This document shows positions 12,675-25,059 of a DNA stretch of 64,000 nucleotides, one piece after another (the stretch's first letter is position 1; each line of letters opens with the position of its first letter). The notes beneath the pieces are model-generated. The model had not been told where the DNA came from and ran no database searches. It saw only the letters and a list, made by a program, of their open reading frames with translations. Where the stretch lies: the NCBI GenBank assembly GCA_951406725.2, contig OX597821.1:47306001-47370000 (forward strand). Reading direction: 5' to 3'. This stretch comes from Octopus vulgaris. Taxonomy: Eukaryota. The translations under genes and the position numbers were made by a program.

Positions 12675-12773
12675 TTAAGCATTGCTTTCTATCCTGTATT
12701 TGTCTCCAGCTGGTGTACTCTGTTTCCAAAATTTCATGTTAGCCATTTTAGCCTTCACTTGACTTGGTCGGTT
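12675..12773 (-). CDS. PLXDC2: Plexin domain-containing protein (PLXDC/TEM7-like), last coding exon: cytoplasmic tail and stop
   Basis: tttacag|NRPSQVKAKMANMKFWKQSTPAGDKYRIESNA*, phase 0. Resembles the vertebrate PLXDC2 tail RRPSRWPAMKF. The symbol denotes the family; an invertebrate gene is co-orthologous to PLXDC1/2. Confidence 0.88.
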   Translation of the reverse strand, partial: NRPSQVKAKMANMKFWKQSTPAGDKYRIESNA

Positions 12774-13895
12774 CTGTAAATAAGTCAAAATTGTTTTGAA
12801 ACATTTAATAATGCTTGAGCAGGTCAGACAGACAGCAAAATAGTAAAAATTAACATCTTAATAGTGAAGAATATTTATATCTTTTCAAGAGTGGCATGAG
12901 TAGGAAAGTTGCCTATTAACAACTCCCATTTGTGGCTCATTTTTAGAAGACTGAAATACCTAAAGGGTTAAATAGTTCACTTCAAAAGTAGACAGGATTT
13001 TGTGAAGTTATTTTCACAAATCTTTGTGAGATTAATCAGATTAATCATACTGTTTCTGTGTAACTTTGAAATCAGCACCCAAATTGAGATTTGTCACAGA
13101 TATTGCATACTTGCACAGCTAGAATAATAAAGATACACAGTTACAATAAATGTAATCAAATAATATTGTTGGTAGTGTTAACAAGTTATATTAAACTATA
13201 TATTTTGGTATTAAAAGAAATGACAATATATTTAGTCATATATAGAGCTGTTTAGCTGCATGTCAGCCTTCACAGGTCACATCTAAGATCCAAAGATTTT
13301 CACTAAGAACTATCCAGTTTTATATTTACATAAAATGTAACTCGGAGTATATCATCTGATGTATCCACAATCAACATAGAATACAAGATGAAGAGGGTTG
13401 GCTTTTATTTATAGATCATATGACATTAAAAGCCCAAAATTTGCCCTAATGTAAGTGGTATAAGGTGCACAGTGAAGTACTTAATGCACAGTGTAGTAGG
13501 TAGTATGAAGAGTAGTACTTAGTGTATAGTGTAGTAGCTGGTGTGTAGTATCACAGGCAGTGTGATGTTGTAGGTGTGCAATGTAACACCTAGCATGCAG
13601 TGTAATAGTTGGTGTACAGCATATGTGATGTACAATGTAGATGATGTCCAGCGTTTTGGTACTTGGACAGTGTAGTAGCTGGTGGACAGTCTAGGTGGTG
13701 TGCAATGGTTTGCATGGTGTACAGAGGGATAAGGTGATACTGGCAGCCTTGTTAGTGTTGTGATATGATGTTGAAGTCTACAGCAATACTGTAACACTCT
13801 AAATGATGTTATATCTATTTTACAAGTACTTCGTTATATAATCATTAGTATCACTTCGATGCCTACAAAAAGAAAAAATGCAAAGCAAAACCTAC

Positions 13896-14014
13896 CTCCA
13901 TTAGCCACATTCCAAGCTGCGATGTTGGGTGACTGTAACCATAGTAACACCAAGCTCCCAAAGCAATACACAAAATTAAAACTATAACAACAGCAATAAT
14001 TGCTGCTACTGGAA
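13896..14014 (-). CDS. PLXDC2: PLXDC exon: transmembrane helix and HPTS juxtamembrane motif
   Basis: Polypyrimidine tract, then ttctag|(x)TT PVAAIIAVVIVLILCIALGAWCYYGYSHPTSQLGMWLME|gtaggt; phase 1 to 0. Matches the family motif Y.Y.HPTS....F.IE. Confidence 0.92.
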
Positions 14015-14176
14015 CTAGAATAAGAGAAAAGAAAAGAAAAAGGAAAATAATTAATTCTAGAATGAAATGCATAATAAAAGATCAGCTAATTAATTGTGTT
14101 TGTGTGTGTGTGTGTGCATGGTACATGTACACATGCTCGTGTATATATGCAAATATAAATATACATACACATACAG

Positions 14177-14735
14177 CGCCCGCCCTACCCACCCCCACCA
14201 CCAATACCGGATATCTCTATATTTTTGCTCCATCTATACTGGATGTCGTTTCTCCCACCACCATTATAGGTGTCTACTCTTCGAACCCCCCTCTTCAATA
14301 CGCTATTTCACCATACATTACCCCTCTCGTGATATCCTACGTTCTACTTGTCTAGAACCTGTCATCGTTTCTCCGAGCACCCCTCCCCACTGGTGCTCCC
14401 CTATATTCCTGCCCCCCCCCCACACACATAAAAAAGCACCATCCGAACGTGGCCGATGCCAGCACCGCCCTGACTGGCTTCTGTGCAGGTGGCACATAAA
14501 AAGCACCAACCGACCGTGGCCGATGCCAGACCCCTCTGGCACCTGTGCAGGTGGCACGTAAAAAGCACCCACTACACTCGCGGAGTGGTTGGCGTTAGGA
14601 AGGGCATCCAGCTGTAGAAACACTGCCAGACCAGACTGGAGCCTGGGGCAATCCCTGGCTCCCCAGACCCCGGTCGAACCCGTCCAACCCGTGCTAGCGC
14701 GGAAAACGGACGTTAAACGATGATGATGATGATGA
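14177..14735 (+). mobile_element. Composite repeat: GC-rich unknown segment plus RTE-type 3' UTR with (GAT)n tail
   Basis: Ends in GCTAGCGCGGAAAACGGACGTTAAACGATGATGATG. A highly similar inverted copy lies at 19632-20123. Confidence 0.75.
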
Positions 14736-15066
14736 TACAACATATGCAGACATATATGTAATACATAGAATAAACAGCAACATGTTAATATATACTTATT
14801 AACACGCATAACATGTACATACATACTAACATGCACAAACACACATAACTTTCCCATAACTTAACACACATAACTTATTGAGTCAGATTTTCTAAAGCCA
14901 GTTTCTCTTCTTGTTACCAGCCTTCACCTATTTCCAAATAAGTTAATATTTCTCATGACCAGACACATTTTCAGAGAAGACTGAGAATGAAGGACACATC
15001 TTGCATGCTAGTCACATTCATTTATATGATGGCAAGGCAAGGAGTCAGTAACACACTCATAAAATT

Positions 15067-15102
<36 letters not shown>

Positions 15103-15363
15103 AATTATTTGAGGGAATATTAATCCAAACTTACAGGGAAAAAAATTCAATTTAGAAATGCTAAATCAAATTTCACACAATATAATATATATATATATAT
15201 ATATAAAATTAGAAAAAACCCACCTTTTATCAATTCAAAATGAACAATTAAATTACACCATCCAGAAAATTACATATAGAAATATTAAAATTTAAATAAC
15301 AATAAAATACCAATGATTAAGTAAATTGAAAAAAAATAATAAAAACGTATATAATTGGTAGAA

Positions 15364-15467
15364 TAACGACACGTATCTCATGGCTATATATAAGAAATGA
15401 TTATAGTAAAAAAATTAATAGTAGTAGTAAAATCACTTCAATATAAATATAGCCACTTATCAGGTTA
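15364..15467 (-). ncRNA. Decayed hammerhead ribozyme motif in a PLE-like terminal repeat
   Basis: Minus strand TAAC-CTGATAA-GTGGCTATAT..ATATAGCCAT-GAGA-TACGTG-TC|GTTA. 10-bp stem II, 4-bp stem I, near-palindromic stem III, two core substitutions. Confidence 0.6.
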
Positions 15468-15659
15468 AAAATAAACTAGAATAATAAAATAATTAATCAA
15501 TATATATATATATATTTTAGTCAGAAGATTTTAGTCAGCCCAGAGCAATAATTGGAGACTCTTGCCCAAGGTGCCACTAATGAGACTGAACCAGAGAACA
15601 TACGATTGGGAAGCAATCTTTGTATAACTCAGGTATGCCTGTACCCATATTGAAATAAA

Positions 15660-16580
15660 TATAGTGACTTTGGACTTGAAGCTAGAAAGATGCTGAGACT
15701 CAAACCAAATATGGAAGAGGAGGCTATGGAAACTCTAGGATCCTTCATATGGGTTTAGAGATGTCCTTAAGAAGCCCTTGATGAGGAGGTAGATATAGAG
15801 ACATACAAAGGGGACAGCAGGAAGTTCTTGTGGGACAATCTAATGAGGGCAACAGACCAAATCTGTGGTTGGAGTAAAGCTTCCACCAGACCAAGGGTGG
15901 CATAGTGGTGGAACAGTGAGGTCGACAGAGGTATAAAAGAGAAGAGATGGGCTTGGAAAGGACTGGAAGAGTGGGGGTAGGAAAGAACCATATCAGATAG
16001 CTAAAAGTAGAAAAGAAGTTTGCCAATGTCTTACAGTGTGAAGATCAGTGACTTGAAGTGTTCTGGCTTGCCAGACAGTGTATTAGAGAGCATCAAGATA
16101 TTGTGGGAGAGAAGTGTGAATAGACATGATGATAGGCTTGCACTTAGTGATCCTGAAAACAAAGAGATGTGGAAGGACTACTATAAAAGACTATCAAATG
16201 CAGAGTGTGATTGGGAAAAAGGGTGTCTTCCTCATGTGGACCCAACAGAGGGACCAGCTATCCTAGTTGACAGCAGCATGATAGATAAGGCAATTAAAGA
16301 TATGAAGATAGGGAGGGCTCCTGGTTCATCAGGAGTCACCTGAATAGTTAATCATGGTGAAGCAGCATCATAGTTAGCTACAAGGTTAAGGGAGACACCT
16401 GAAATGGAAGTAATCATAGAGGCATCAAATTGCTGGAACAGGTGGTGAAAGCTGCAGAGAGAGTTATAGTGCAATTAATTAGGAACAGAATTTAACTAGA
16501 TGAAATGCACATCACAGATACTATTTTTTTAGTCAGGCAACTACAACTGAAGTATTAACAAGCTGTTGCACTTGGCATTT
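15660..16580 (+). mobile_element. Old RTE-clade LINE ORF fragment (linker and RT N-terminus)
   Basis: Frames encode WWNSEVDRGIKEKRWAWK, IDKAIKDMKIGRAPGSSGVT and SNHRGIKLLEQVVK, with many stops. Confidence 0.8.
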
Positions 16581-16581
16581 A

Positions 16582-17745
16582 TCATCATCATCATCGTCAT
16601 TTAACGTCTGTTTTCCATGCTAGCATGGGTTGGACAATTCAACTGGGGTCTGGGAAGCCAGAAGGCTGTGCCAGGCCCAGTCTGATCTGGCAGTGCTTCT
16701 ACAGCTGGATGCCCTTCCTAACGCCAACCACTCCGAGAGTGTAGTGGGTGCTTTTTATGTGCTACCTGCACAGGTGCCAGACGAAGCTGGCAAACGGCCA
16801 CGACCGGATGGTGCTTTTTACGTGCCACTGGCACGGGGGCCAGACGAGACTGGCAACGGCCACACAATCAGATGGTGCTTTTTACGTGCCACCAGCACGG
16901 AGGCCAGTCAGGGCGGCGCTGGCAATGGTCATGTTCGGATGGTTCTCTTACATGCCACCGGCACTGCTATCTCAGCTACAATTTCCATTGATGTTGAAAG
17001 ATTTCGATTTCGATTTTCACTTGCCTCAACAGGTCTTCACAAGTAGCGTTTGTGTCACAAGAAGGAAAGGTATGCATAAGTGGGCTGGCTACGTCCCAGG
17101 TAGAGGCCACGGGTTATGGTCTCACTTGTCCTGCCGGGTCTTCCCATGCACAGCATACTTCCAAAGGTCTCGGTCTCTGGTCATTTCCTCGGTGAGACCT
17201 AAAGTTCGAAGGTCGTTCTTCACCACCTCGTCCCAGGTTTTCCTGGGTCTACCTCTTCTACAGGTTCCCTCAACCGCCAGGGTGTGGCACTTTTTCACAC
17301 AACTATCTTCATCCATTCTCGCTACATGACCATATCAGCGCAAACGTCTCCCTTGCACACCACAACTGATGCTTCTTAGGTCCAACTTTTCTCTCAAGGT
17401 ACTTACACTCTGTTGAGTATGAACACTGACATTACACATCCATCGGAGCATACTGGCTTCATTTCTTGCGAGCTTACACATATCCTCAGCAGTCATGGCC
17501 CATGTTTCACTGCCATGTAGCATGGCTGTTCGTACACATGCGTCATACAGTCTGCATTTTATTCTGAGTGAGTGGCCTTTTGTCACCAGCAGAGGTAAGA
17601 GCTCTCTGAACTTTGCCCAGGCTATTCTTACTCTAGCAGTTACACTTTCAGCACACCCGCCCCCGCTACTGACTTGGTCACCTAGGTAATGGAAGCTATC
17701 AACTACTTCTAGTTTTTCTCCCTGGAATGTGGCAGAAGTTGGTCT
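16582..17745 (-). mobile_element. 5'-truncated RTE-clade LINE (RT C-terminus, 3' UTR, (GAT)n tail) abutting the older RTE copy
   Basis: ORF pieces [39 protein letters not shown] and RRGRPRKTWDEVVKNDLRTLGLTEEMTRDRDLWK. 3' UTR runs 17121 to 16600, then the tail. Confidence 0.9.
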
Positions 17746-17761
17746 CTGAGCATTTTCAGTG

Positions 17762-17890
<129 letters not shown>

Positions 17891-18167
17891 AATTTTTTTA
17901 TTTGTTCATTGATGTTCAAAACCTAGGTACATGTGGTAACTATTGAAAATGTTTTTATTTATCATCCCTTTCAAAATTACTCTTAAGCGTGGTTTGGGCT
18001 TTGACTGCTCCTTTTAGCATGTAAGGTGTCTTGTTAGGGTCACCTCTTGTGTACAAATGTACAGTAATTTTATATGAAAAGTTTGTTGTCTATTTACTCT
18101 TTTATGCATGTTAGCTACTGGTAGAAAATTTCTCTAATTTTTCTACCCTATATATATTTTCTATATG

Positions 18168-18211
<44 letters not shown>

Positions 18212-18290
18212 ATTTATAAGTAAGGGCAAAAGAAAAAATTTCTAATGCTAAACTATGCCGAAAATAGACACAATGTCAATAACCATTATA

Positions 18291-18415
18291 ATTTATCACT
18301 ACAAGTACGTGTTTCCAAGAAAGCCGACAGAAATTTCTAAAAAATCCCGTTATTACCATATCGGACCCGATTTAAGAGTTAGTTCATAAGAACCTTCCCT
18401 TCATCAGTGATAAAT
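18291..18415 (-). ncRNA. Hammerhead ribozyme-like motif with long stem II loop
   Basis: Minus strand ATTTATCA-CTGATGA-AGGGAAG..CTTTCTTG-GAAA-CACGTACTTG-TA|gTGATAAAT. 8-bp stem I offset by one nt, wobble-rich stem II base, near-palindromic stem III. Confidence 0.55.
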
Positions 18416-18519
18416 GCGGTAAAGAAATAAGTGAAATACTTACTTGCACCCATGGAAGAAGCAAAAACTAAGTCACTATTGATAGAATTTTTTTCAAAAA
18501 AAATTTATCCTATATTAGA

Positions 18520-18545
18520 GATATATATATATATATATGTATATA

Positions 18546-18584
<39 letters not shown>

Positions 18585-19010
18585 ATATATATATATATAT
18601 ATACATATATACATCATCATCATCATAAACGATGATGATGATGATGATGATGTATATATGCATATCTATATATATATAGATATATGCATATCTATCTATA
18701 TATATATATATATATGTATATATGCATATCTATATATATATATATGTATATATGCATATCTATATATATATATATATGTATATATGCGTATCTCTCTATA
18801 TATATATGTATATATGCATATCTATATATATATATATATGTATATATGCATATCTATATATATATATGTATATATGCATATCTATATATATATATATGTA
18901 TATATGCATATCTATATATATATGTATATATGCATATCTATATATATATATATATATATATATCTATATATATATAGATATGCATATCTATATATATATA
19001 GATATGCATA

Positions 19011-19043
<33 letters not shown>

Positions 19044-19065
19044 TATCTATATATATATATGCATA

Positions 19066-19095
<30 letters not shown>
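18520..19095. repeat. Minisatellite of TATATGCATATCTATATATA-like units
   Basis: Repeated ATGCATATCT cores within (TA)n. The same unit resumes at 19472-19631, 20451-20500 and 20612-20670. Confidence 0.9.
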
Positions 19096-19096
<1 letters not shown>

Positions 19097-19471
19097 TAGC
19101 AGTATCGCCCGGCGTTGCTCAGGTTTGTAAGGGAAATAACTATAAAGCATTTTTAGAGAGTTATAGCCAAAAAATAGCAAAAAAATGGAAAAAAATGATG
19201 GTAAATTTCTTTTTTAGTTAAAAAAGGTGGAGTTGCGTCCCCTAGACAGTTTGTGTTTCTGATTCTGGACCCCATGTCGAATTTATCGATTTTTTTCAGA
19301 ACTGGGGGAACTTTTCAAAATTTTCGCTGCGTTAGTTATGAATTATGACGTTGGGCTATGTGTGTGTCAAGTTTCATCAGAATCGGTTGAAAGCCGTGGT
19401 CAGGGTGAAGGTACAAGCAAACAGACACACAGAAACACGCACAGACAAACTGCCGTTTATATATAGAGAGA
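19096..19471 (-). mobile_element. Non-autonomous Helitron
   Basis: Minus strand starts TCTCTCTATATATAAACGGC and ends CCTGAGCAACGCCGGGCGATACTGCTAG (GC hairpin plus CTAG). Inserted between A and T with no TSD. Confidence 0.75.
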
Positions 19472-19489
19472 TATATATATATATGCATA

Positions 19490-19560
<71 letters not shown>

Positions 19561-19631
19561 ATATATATATATATATATATATATATCTATATATATATAT
19601 ATATATATATGCATATCTATATATATATATA

Positions 19632-20123
19632 TCATCATCATCATCATCATCATCATTTAACGTCCGTTTTCCGCGCTAGCATGGCTTGGACGGTTTCGAC
19701 CGGGGTCTGGGGAGCTAGGGACTGCCTCAGGCTCCAGTCTAGTCTGGCAGTGTTTCTACAGCTGGATGCCCTTCCTAACGCCAACCACTCCGCGAGTGTA
19801 GTGGGTGTTTTTTTACGTGCCACCTGCACAGGTGCCAGAGGGGTCTGGCATCGGCCACGTTCGGATGGTGCTTTTTATGGGGGGGGGGGCAGAAATATAG
19901 GGGAGCACCAGTGGGGAGGGGTGGTTCAGAGAAATGATGACAGGTTCTAGGCAAGTAGAACGTAGGATATCAAGAGAGGGGTAATGCATGGTGAAATAGC
20001 GTATTGAAGAGGGGTGTTCGAAGAGTAGACACCTATAATGGTGGTGGGAGAAGCGACATCCGGTATAGATGGAGCAAAAATATAGAGATATCCGGTATTG
20101 GTGGTGGGGGTGGGCAAGGGCGG
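19632..20123 (-). mobile_element. Inverted second copy of the 14177-14735 composite repeat
   Basis: Its reverse complement aligns with 14177-14735 (both give the ORF text PTPTTNTGYLYIFAPSI). It lacks one internal sub-repeat. Confidence 0.8.
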
Positions 20124-20465
20124 CAAAATGTTAGCAAAGGAAGAGGGGATGCAGACAACGTAAAGAGGGAGAGATAGTGACGAAATGGGCCGCCATTGAA
20201 AAAAACTGTATGGAGAAATAATATGCAATTAAAAAATGCTTTCTCAAAGGGACAATACTAATACTAATAATAATAGTAATAATAATAAATAAACAGCAAA
20301 CCACAACATTAGATTAGAAAGACTCTCTATCTTGGGGTTCTTCGGCCTGACACGGGAATATGGGGCTGGCTTAAAAATGAGCAAAGGAAGAGGGGGATGG
20401 CAGACAACTGAAAGGAGGGAGAGAGAGAAGGGAAATAGTGGAACCCCGCGATATATATATGCATA

Positions 20466-20504
<39 letters not shown>

Positions 20505-20629
20505 CCCCGAGCTGACCGGAGCTTTGTGATTGAATTCGGTAGGTGGAAGTTACTGCCGTGTATGCGTATGTGCGTGTAGGTGCTTGTGCCTCTCCCAAAG
20601 AGAGAGAGGGATATATGTATATATGCATA

Positions 20630-20675
<46 letters not shown>

Positions 20676-21104
20676 TTTTGCTCTTTTACTTATTTCAGTC
20701 ATTTGACTGCGGCCATGCTGGAGCACCGCCTTTCGTCGAGCAAATTGACCCCAAGACTTATTCTTTTGTAAGCCCAGTACTTATTCTGTCGGTCTCTTTT
20801 GCCGAACCACTATATATATTAATTTGGGCATTCATCGTGACAAGACGTACTTTTCATAGTTCAAGCCAGTCAATAGCCAAAGAAACAGATTTCAACTCAA
20901 AACAGCAGTAACTTTCCTTGTTTTTAGTTCCAGAACTCTTGAATTCTACTATTTTACTCTCATCGGAAGATAAATTTACACAAATTTATACACAAATTGG
21001 AGAAACAAATATAAACCAAAACTAAACCTAAGATTAGTTCTAAAACTTGTCCCGTGAGTACAATTATTTTCTCTTGATTTCTATTAAACACACTGCTCAT
21101 TCTT

Positions 21105-21519
21105 ACTTCTTTATTGCCCACAAGGGGCTACACACAGAGGGGACAAACAAGGACAGACAAATGGATTAAGTCGATTACACTGACCCCAATGCATAACTAG
21201 CACTTAATTTATCGACCCCGAAAGGATGAAAGGCAAAGTTGAACTCGGTGGAATTTGAACTCAGAACATAACAGAAGATGAAATACCTATTTCTTTACTA
21301 CCCACAAGAGGCTAAACACAGAGGAGGCAAACAAGGACAGACAGATGGATAAGTCGATTATATCGACCCCAGTGTGTAACTGGTACTTAATTTATCAACC
21401 CTGAAATGATGAAAGGCAAAGTCGACCTTGGCGGAATTTGAGCTCTGAACGTAATGGCAGATGAAATACCGCTAAGCATTTCGCCCAGCGTTCTAATGTT
21501 TCTGCTAGCTCACCGCCTT
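21105..21519 (-). mobile_element. Dimeric tRNA-derived SINE, same family as 163-651
   Basis: Reverse complement of the same units (ATCGACCCCGAAAGGATGAAAGGCAAAG..GGAATTTGAACTCAGAAC), more diverged. Older fragments at 2270-2440, 46520-46860 and 47690-47975. Confidence 0.8.
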
Positions 21520-21832
21520 ATTCTGATTGTATTAAATACACTGAACTCTCTCACACACACCCAGATATAGCCACACACATTTCTGAATATATCGACACAA
21601 ACTTTTCAATGGTGCATTCACTATTATACATCAAGTCAATGATGCACAATCCCATTGGATATGGCCAATAATATTCTAATAATATTCTAAAAATAGTATT
21701 CTAAAATGCCACTGGGTAGAAAACGAAATCAGTGCACTGATAAATGCTTGCTACACTCACCATAACGACTGTGTAAAAGCTAATGTCTATGGTAAAATCA
21801 CTGGAAAATTAGTGTCACAATCCTTTTATATG

Positions 21833-22210
21833 TAAAATGGCACGTAAAATGCACCATTCGAGCATGATTGTTACCAGCGTCGCCTTGCTGCTACACGTGC
21901 CTGTGGTACGTGAAAAACAACATTCAAGCGAGGTCGCTGCCAGTGCCGCTGGACTGGCTCCTGTGCAGGTGACATAAAAACACCATTTGAGCGTGGTCGT
22001 TGCCAGTACTGCCTGACTGGCCCTCGTGACTGAGGCATGTAAAAGCACCCACTACACTCTTGGAGTGGTTGGTGTTAGGAAGGGCATCCACCTGTAGAAA
22101 CTCTGCCAGATGAGATTGGAGCCTGGTGCAGCCATCTGGCTTACCAGTACCCAGTCAAACTGTCCAACCCATGCCAGCATGGAAAGCAGACATTAAACGA
22201 TGATGATGTT
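21833..22210 (+). mobile_element. RTE 3'-UTR-derived element with internal ~55-bp sub-repeats and (GAT)n tail
   Basis: AAAAGCACCCACTACACTC..GGAGTGGTTGG.GTTAGGAAGGGCATCCA..GCATGGAAAGCAGACATTAAACGATGATG. Further copies at 49280-49580, 58845-59020 and 59420-59620. Confidence 0.75.
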
Positions 22211-22935
22211 GATATATACACACACACATATATATATATATATATACTTACACACATATACATAAACACATATATATATACTCACATATGTATACATAGA
22301 CACACACACACACATATATATATACACACACATATATACACACCTACTGCTTGGCACCTTGGTTAAGTGTCCTTTTCATTATCCCCAAACCCCAGAATGT
22401 AGATCTAACTGATAAAAATTGAAATAATAAACACCACATATACATGTATATATCTATGTGCATGCATTTTTATTTGTATGTGTATCTCCACACATACAAT
22501 GCTTCACTTATCTGTTTGGCAAAACAGACTGACAAAAGTTCTACGATTGAAAAGTAAGTAGTGGAGCCAATTCATCCAGTTAACCCTTCAAGGTGGTACC
22601 CCAGCATGACCATAGCCCTATGAGTGAAATAGATGGTACATAAAATAGTGCTTTCTCAAAAAAGTTAAAACAAAGAGGTGAAGAGTGGCAGGGAAGGATG
22701 CAGTATTTAAAACATAACTTCATAAGAGAAAATAGTATTTCCATTCTTGTAAATAAGCTGAGATCCAGAGCATAGCTATAATGAACCAGCATTGAAAAAT
22801 TGTTATGATGAGGAGGATGATGAGTGTAAAAAGTTATATAAAACACATTAGAAAAGAAAATGACTTTGTCAAGTATAGTTAAGGGAGGTAAAAAAAATCT
22901 CTCCAAAACCTTGTAAATAAGTAATTTGTTCAGAA

Positions 22936-23300
22936 ACTAGCACTATCACCTGGCAACGCCGGGTCATAGTGCTAGTGCATGCATATACAGCTGCATGAGT
23001 GTACACATACACACGAGTACTGTCCAAATCTCTGACCAATCACATACAGTTAGCTGGCATTCAATTGGCGTATCAAGTTTCGGGCATTTTGATTGGGTTT
23101 TGAATAGAAAATTCACAAAAAAGTCACTTCTATTGATTTTTTAATGGCTTTGTGGGGTGACTGGGGAAATGTAAAGATGTGCACGACCACCCTTGGACGG
23201 TTTTGAATGACCATAGAAAGTGTGAGCCCTCTAACTGAAAAATTGTGGATTTGTATAAAGGACACACACACAGACATTTTGCCGTTTATATATAGAGAGA
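22936..23300 (-). mobile_element. Helitron-like non-autonomous element with a doubled, palindromic 3' end
   Basis: Shares the 5' end TCTCTCTATATATAAACGGCA with 19096-19471. 22936-22976 reads ACTAGCACTAT-CACCTGGCAACGCCGGGTC-ATAGTGCTAGT. Confidence 0.55.
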
Positions 23301-23934
23301 TTCTACTTTATTTTAACTACTAAGAGTAAAAAACAAAACTGCATAAACTACAAATATATAGAAATACACAGAATTATATTTGTTATTCATTTCATTTTTG
23401 AGAATTTTCCCAATTTATGTTTGTTATCTTGCACTTCAGTTAGGAAAATTTTGAGTAAAACAAGCAGAAAGTGGTTTTGTTATTGTGCTAGCATCATTAC
23501 CTAAACAGTTGAATGTGCATTCAGGATTACAGTAAGTTTGTTTACTGCAATCCATAACAGTAATTGTGTAGTGTTTCATTAAAATGGAGACTTACAAATT
23601 TTAATTAAACCTAGTAAACATTGAATATGAAATCAGATGCAATAAACACAAATAAAATTCAAAAGTTACTCTTGACTTTAACAAGTAAACAGAGAGTTTC
23701 AATTTTAATAATAGCTTAAAATTCCTCATTAAGGGACAAAAAATAAAACTAAAGGAGTCGTATTTTATCAAATTAAAAAGGAACAACTTCTTCACTACAG
23801 TTTGGAGTGTTTGTAAGTTAATTAGATATCTTCAAGGCATAATTTAATTATGAGAGAAGAATATTAATTCAGGAATGGATTGAAACACAATAATGGTAAG
23901 TTGAGATAATTGGGTCACTAACAAAAGGAACATT

Positions 23935-24205
23935 AAACTGACACTGATGTCCACAGACCATGTGGACATCAAGTGACTTTATATTGAAACTACTGACCAG
24001 GTGGTCAATGATAACTGAAATCACTGACCACATACTCATCAAGTGGGTCTATCTCGAAACCACTGAACATATGGTCAAGTAAGTTTTTACTGAAATCACT
24101 GACCATGTGGTCACTGACTGTATTGAAATCAGAGACCACATAGTCATCAAGTGAATCTATATTGAAACCACTGGCCACATGGTCATCAAGTGGATTTATA
24201 CTGAA
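23935..24205. repeat. Degenerate ~35-38-bp minisatellite, about 7-8 units
   Basis: Consensus close to TGAAA(T/C)CACTGACCACATGGTCATCAAGTGGATTTATAT. Confidence 0.8.
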
Positions 24206-25019
24206 GCCTTTAGATTGAATGCTTGCCTGATATTTTACAAGTGTGGCAATCTAAATGCAGTTTCCTCTTTAACTGTAGAAATATTTGGTAAACAAATATC
24301 AAGAGAATGAAAGCACAAAAGCTAATTTCCCAACAATGGAAAAGCATCCATGCATATAGCAAAGCAAAGAAAATAGTAAAGAAAGTTTAAAAGAAAAAAA
24401 AATGAAATCTCTTTCCATTCTAAATGTTGATGGATGGGGATCAAAATAGTAGGAGAGAATGGAGATGCTAAGTGAAGCAAGCATTAGAAACAATTACTAG
24501 TTTTATAGAATTGTGCTTCTGTTAGCACCCTAAATATGAGATTACACTCTATAACTTGTCTTAAATCTTTTATGTTTTATCTTTTGCTTCACTGCATTCA
24601 TTCTGGGACATTGCCTCGGAAGTTTTTAGTTGAATGAACCGATCCCAGGATTAATTATTTTTTGAAGTCTAGTTCCTATTCTATTGGTTTCTTTTCTTGG
24701 ACTGCTAAGTTACAGAGACAAACACCAGTTGTCAAGTAGCAGTGGGGAACAAACACAGATGCAAAGATACATACATTGATATACATATATCTTTCAATCT
24801 ACCAAATCCACTCAGAAAGCTTTGGTTAGCCCAAGGCTATAGTAGAAGACTCTTGTCCAAGGTGCTACACAGTGGGACTGAACCCAGAACCATGTGGTTT
24901 AGAAGTCAACTTCTTACCACACAGCCACACCTGTGCCTATAAAAGCAAATTATATATATTGATAAATTAACATTTTGCATTCAGTGTAATAAAAGAAATA
25001 TAGAATTTAAAATATTTAC

Positions 25020-25059
25020 TTGGTTTCATTGGACATTTCACTTTTCTTTTCATAATTTC
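25020..25059 (-). CDS. Candidate 40-nt PLXDC stalk exon (EIMKRKVKCPMKP)
   Basis: Strong acceptor ttttttttgtattttttttcag and donor AA|gtaaat. Phase 0 to 1 bridges the PSI exon and the TM exon in frame and supplies the eighth PSI cysteine. No homology support beyond the Cys. Confidence 0.45.

Noticed and set aside
14094-14857. 155-179 aa ORFs, also 16630-17329 and 19345-19950, as host genes
   Set aside because: They overlap GC-rich RTE 3'-UTR repeats or are antisense to LINE coding sequence; the same peptide text recurs in multiple repeat copies.
23935-24205. Regularly spaced ~36-bp repeats suggesting a CRISPR array
   Set aside because: Units are contiguous and degenerate with no unique spacers, there are no cas genes, and the context is a eukaryotic intron.
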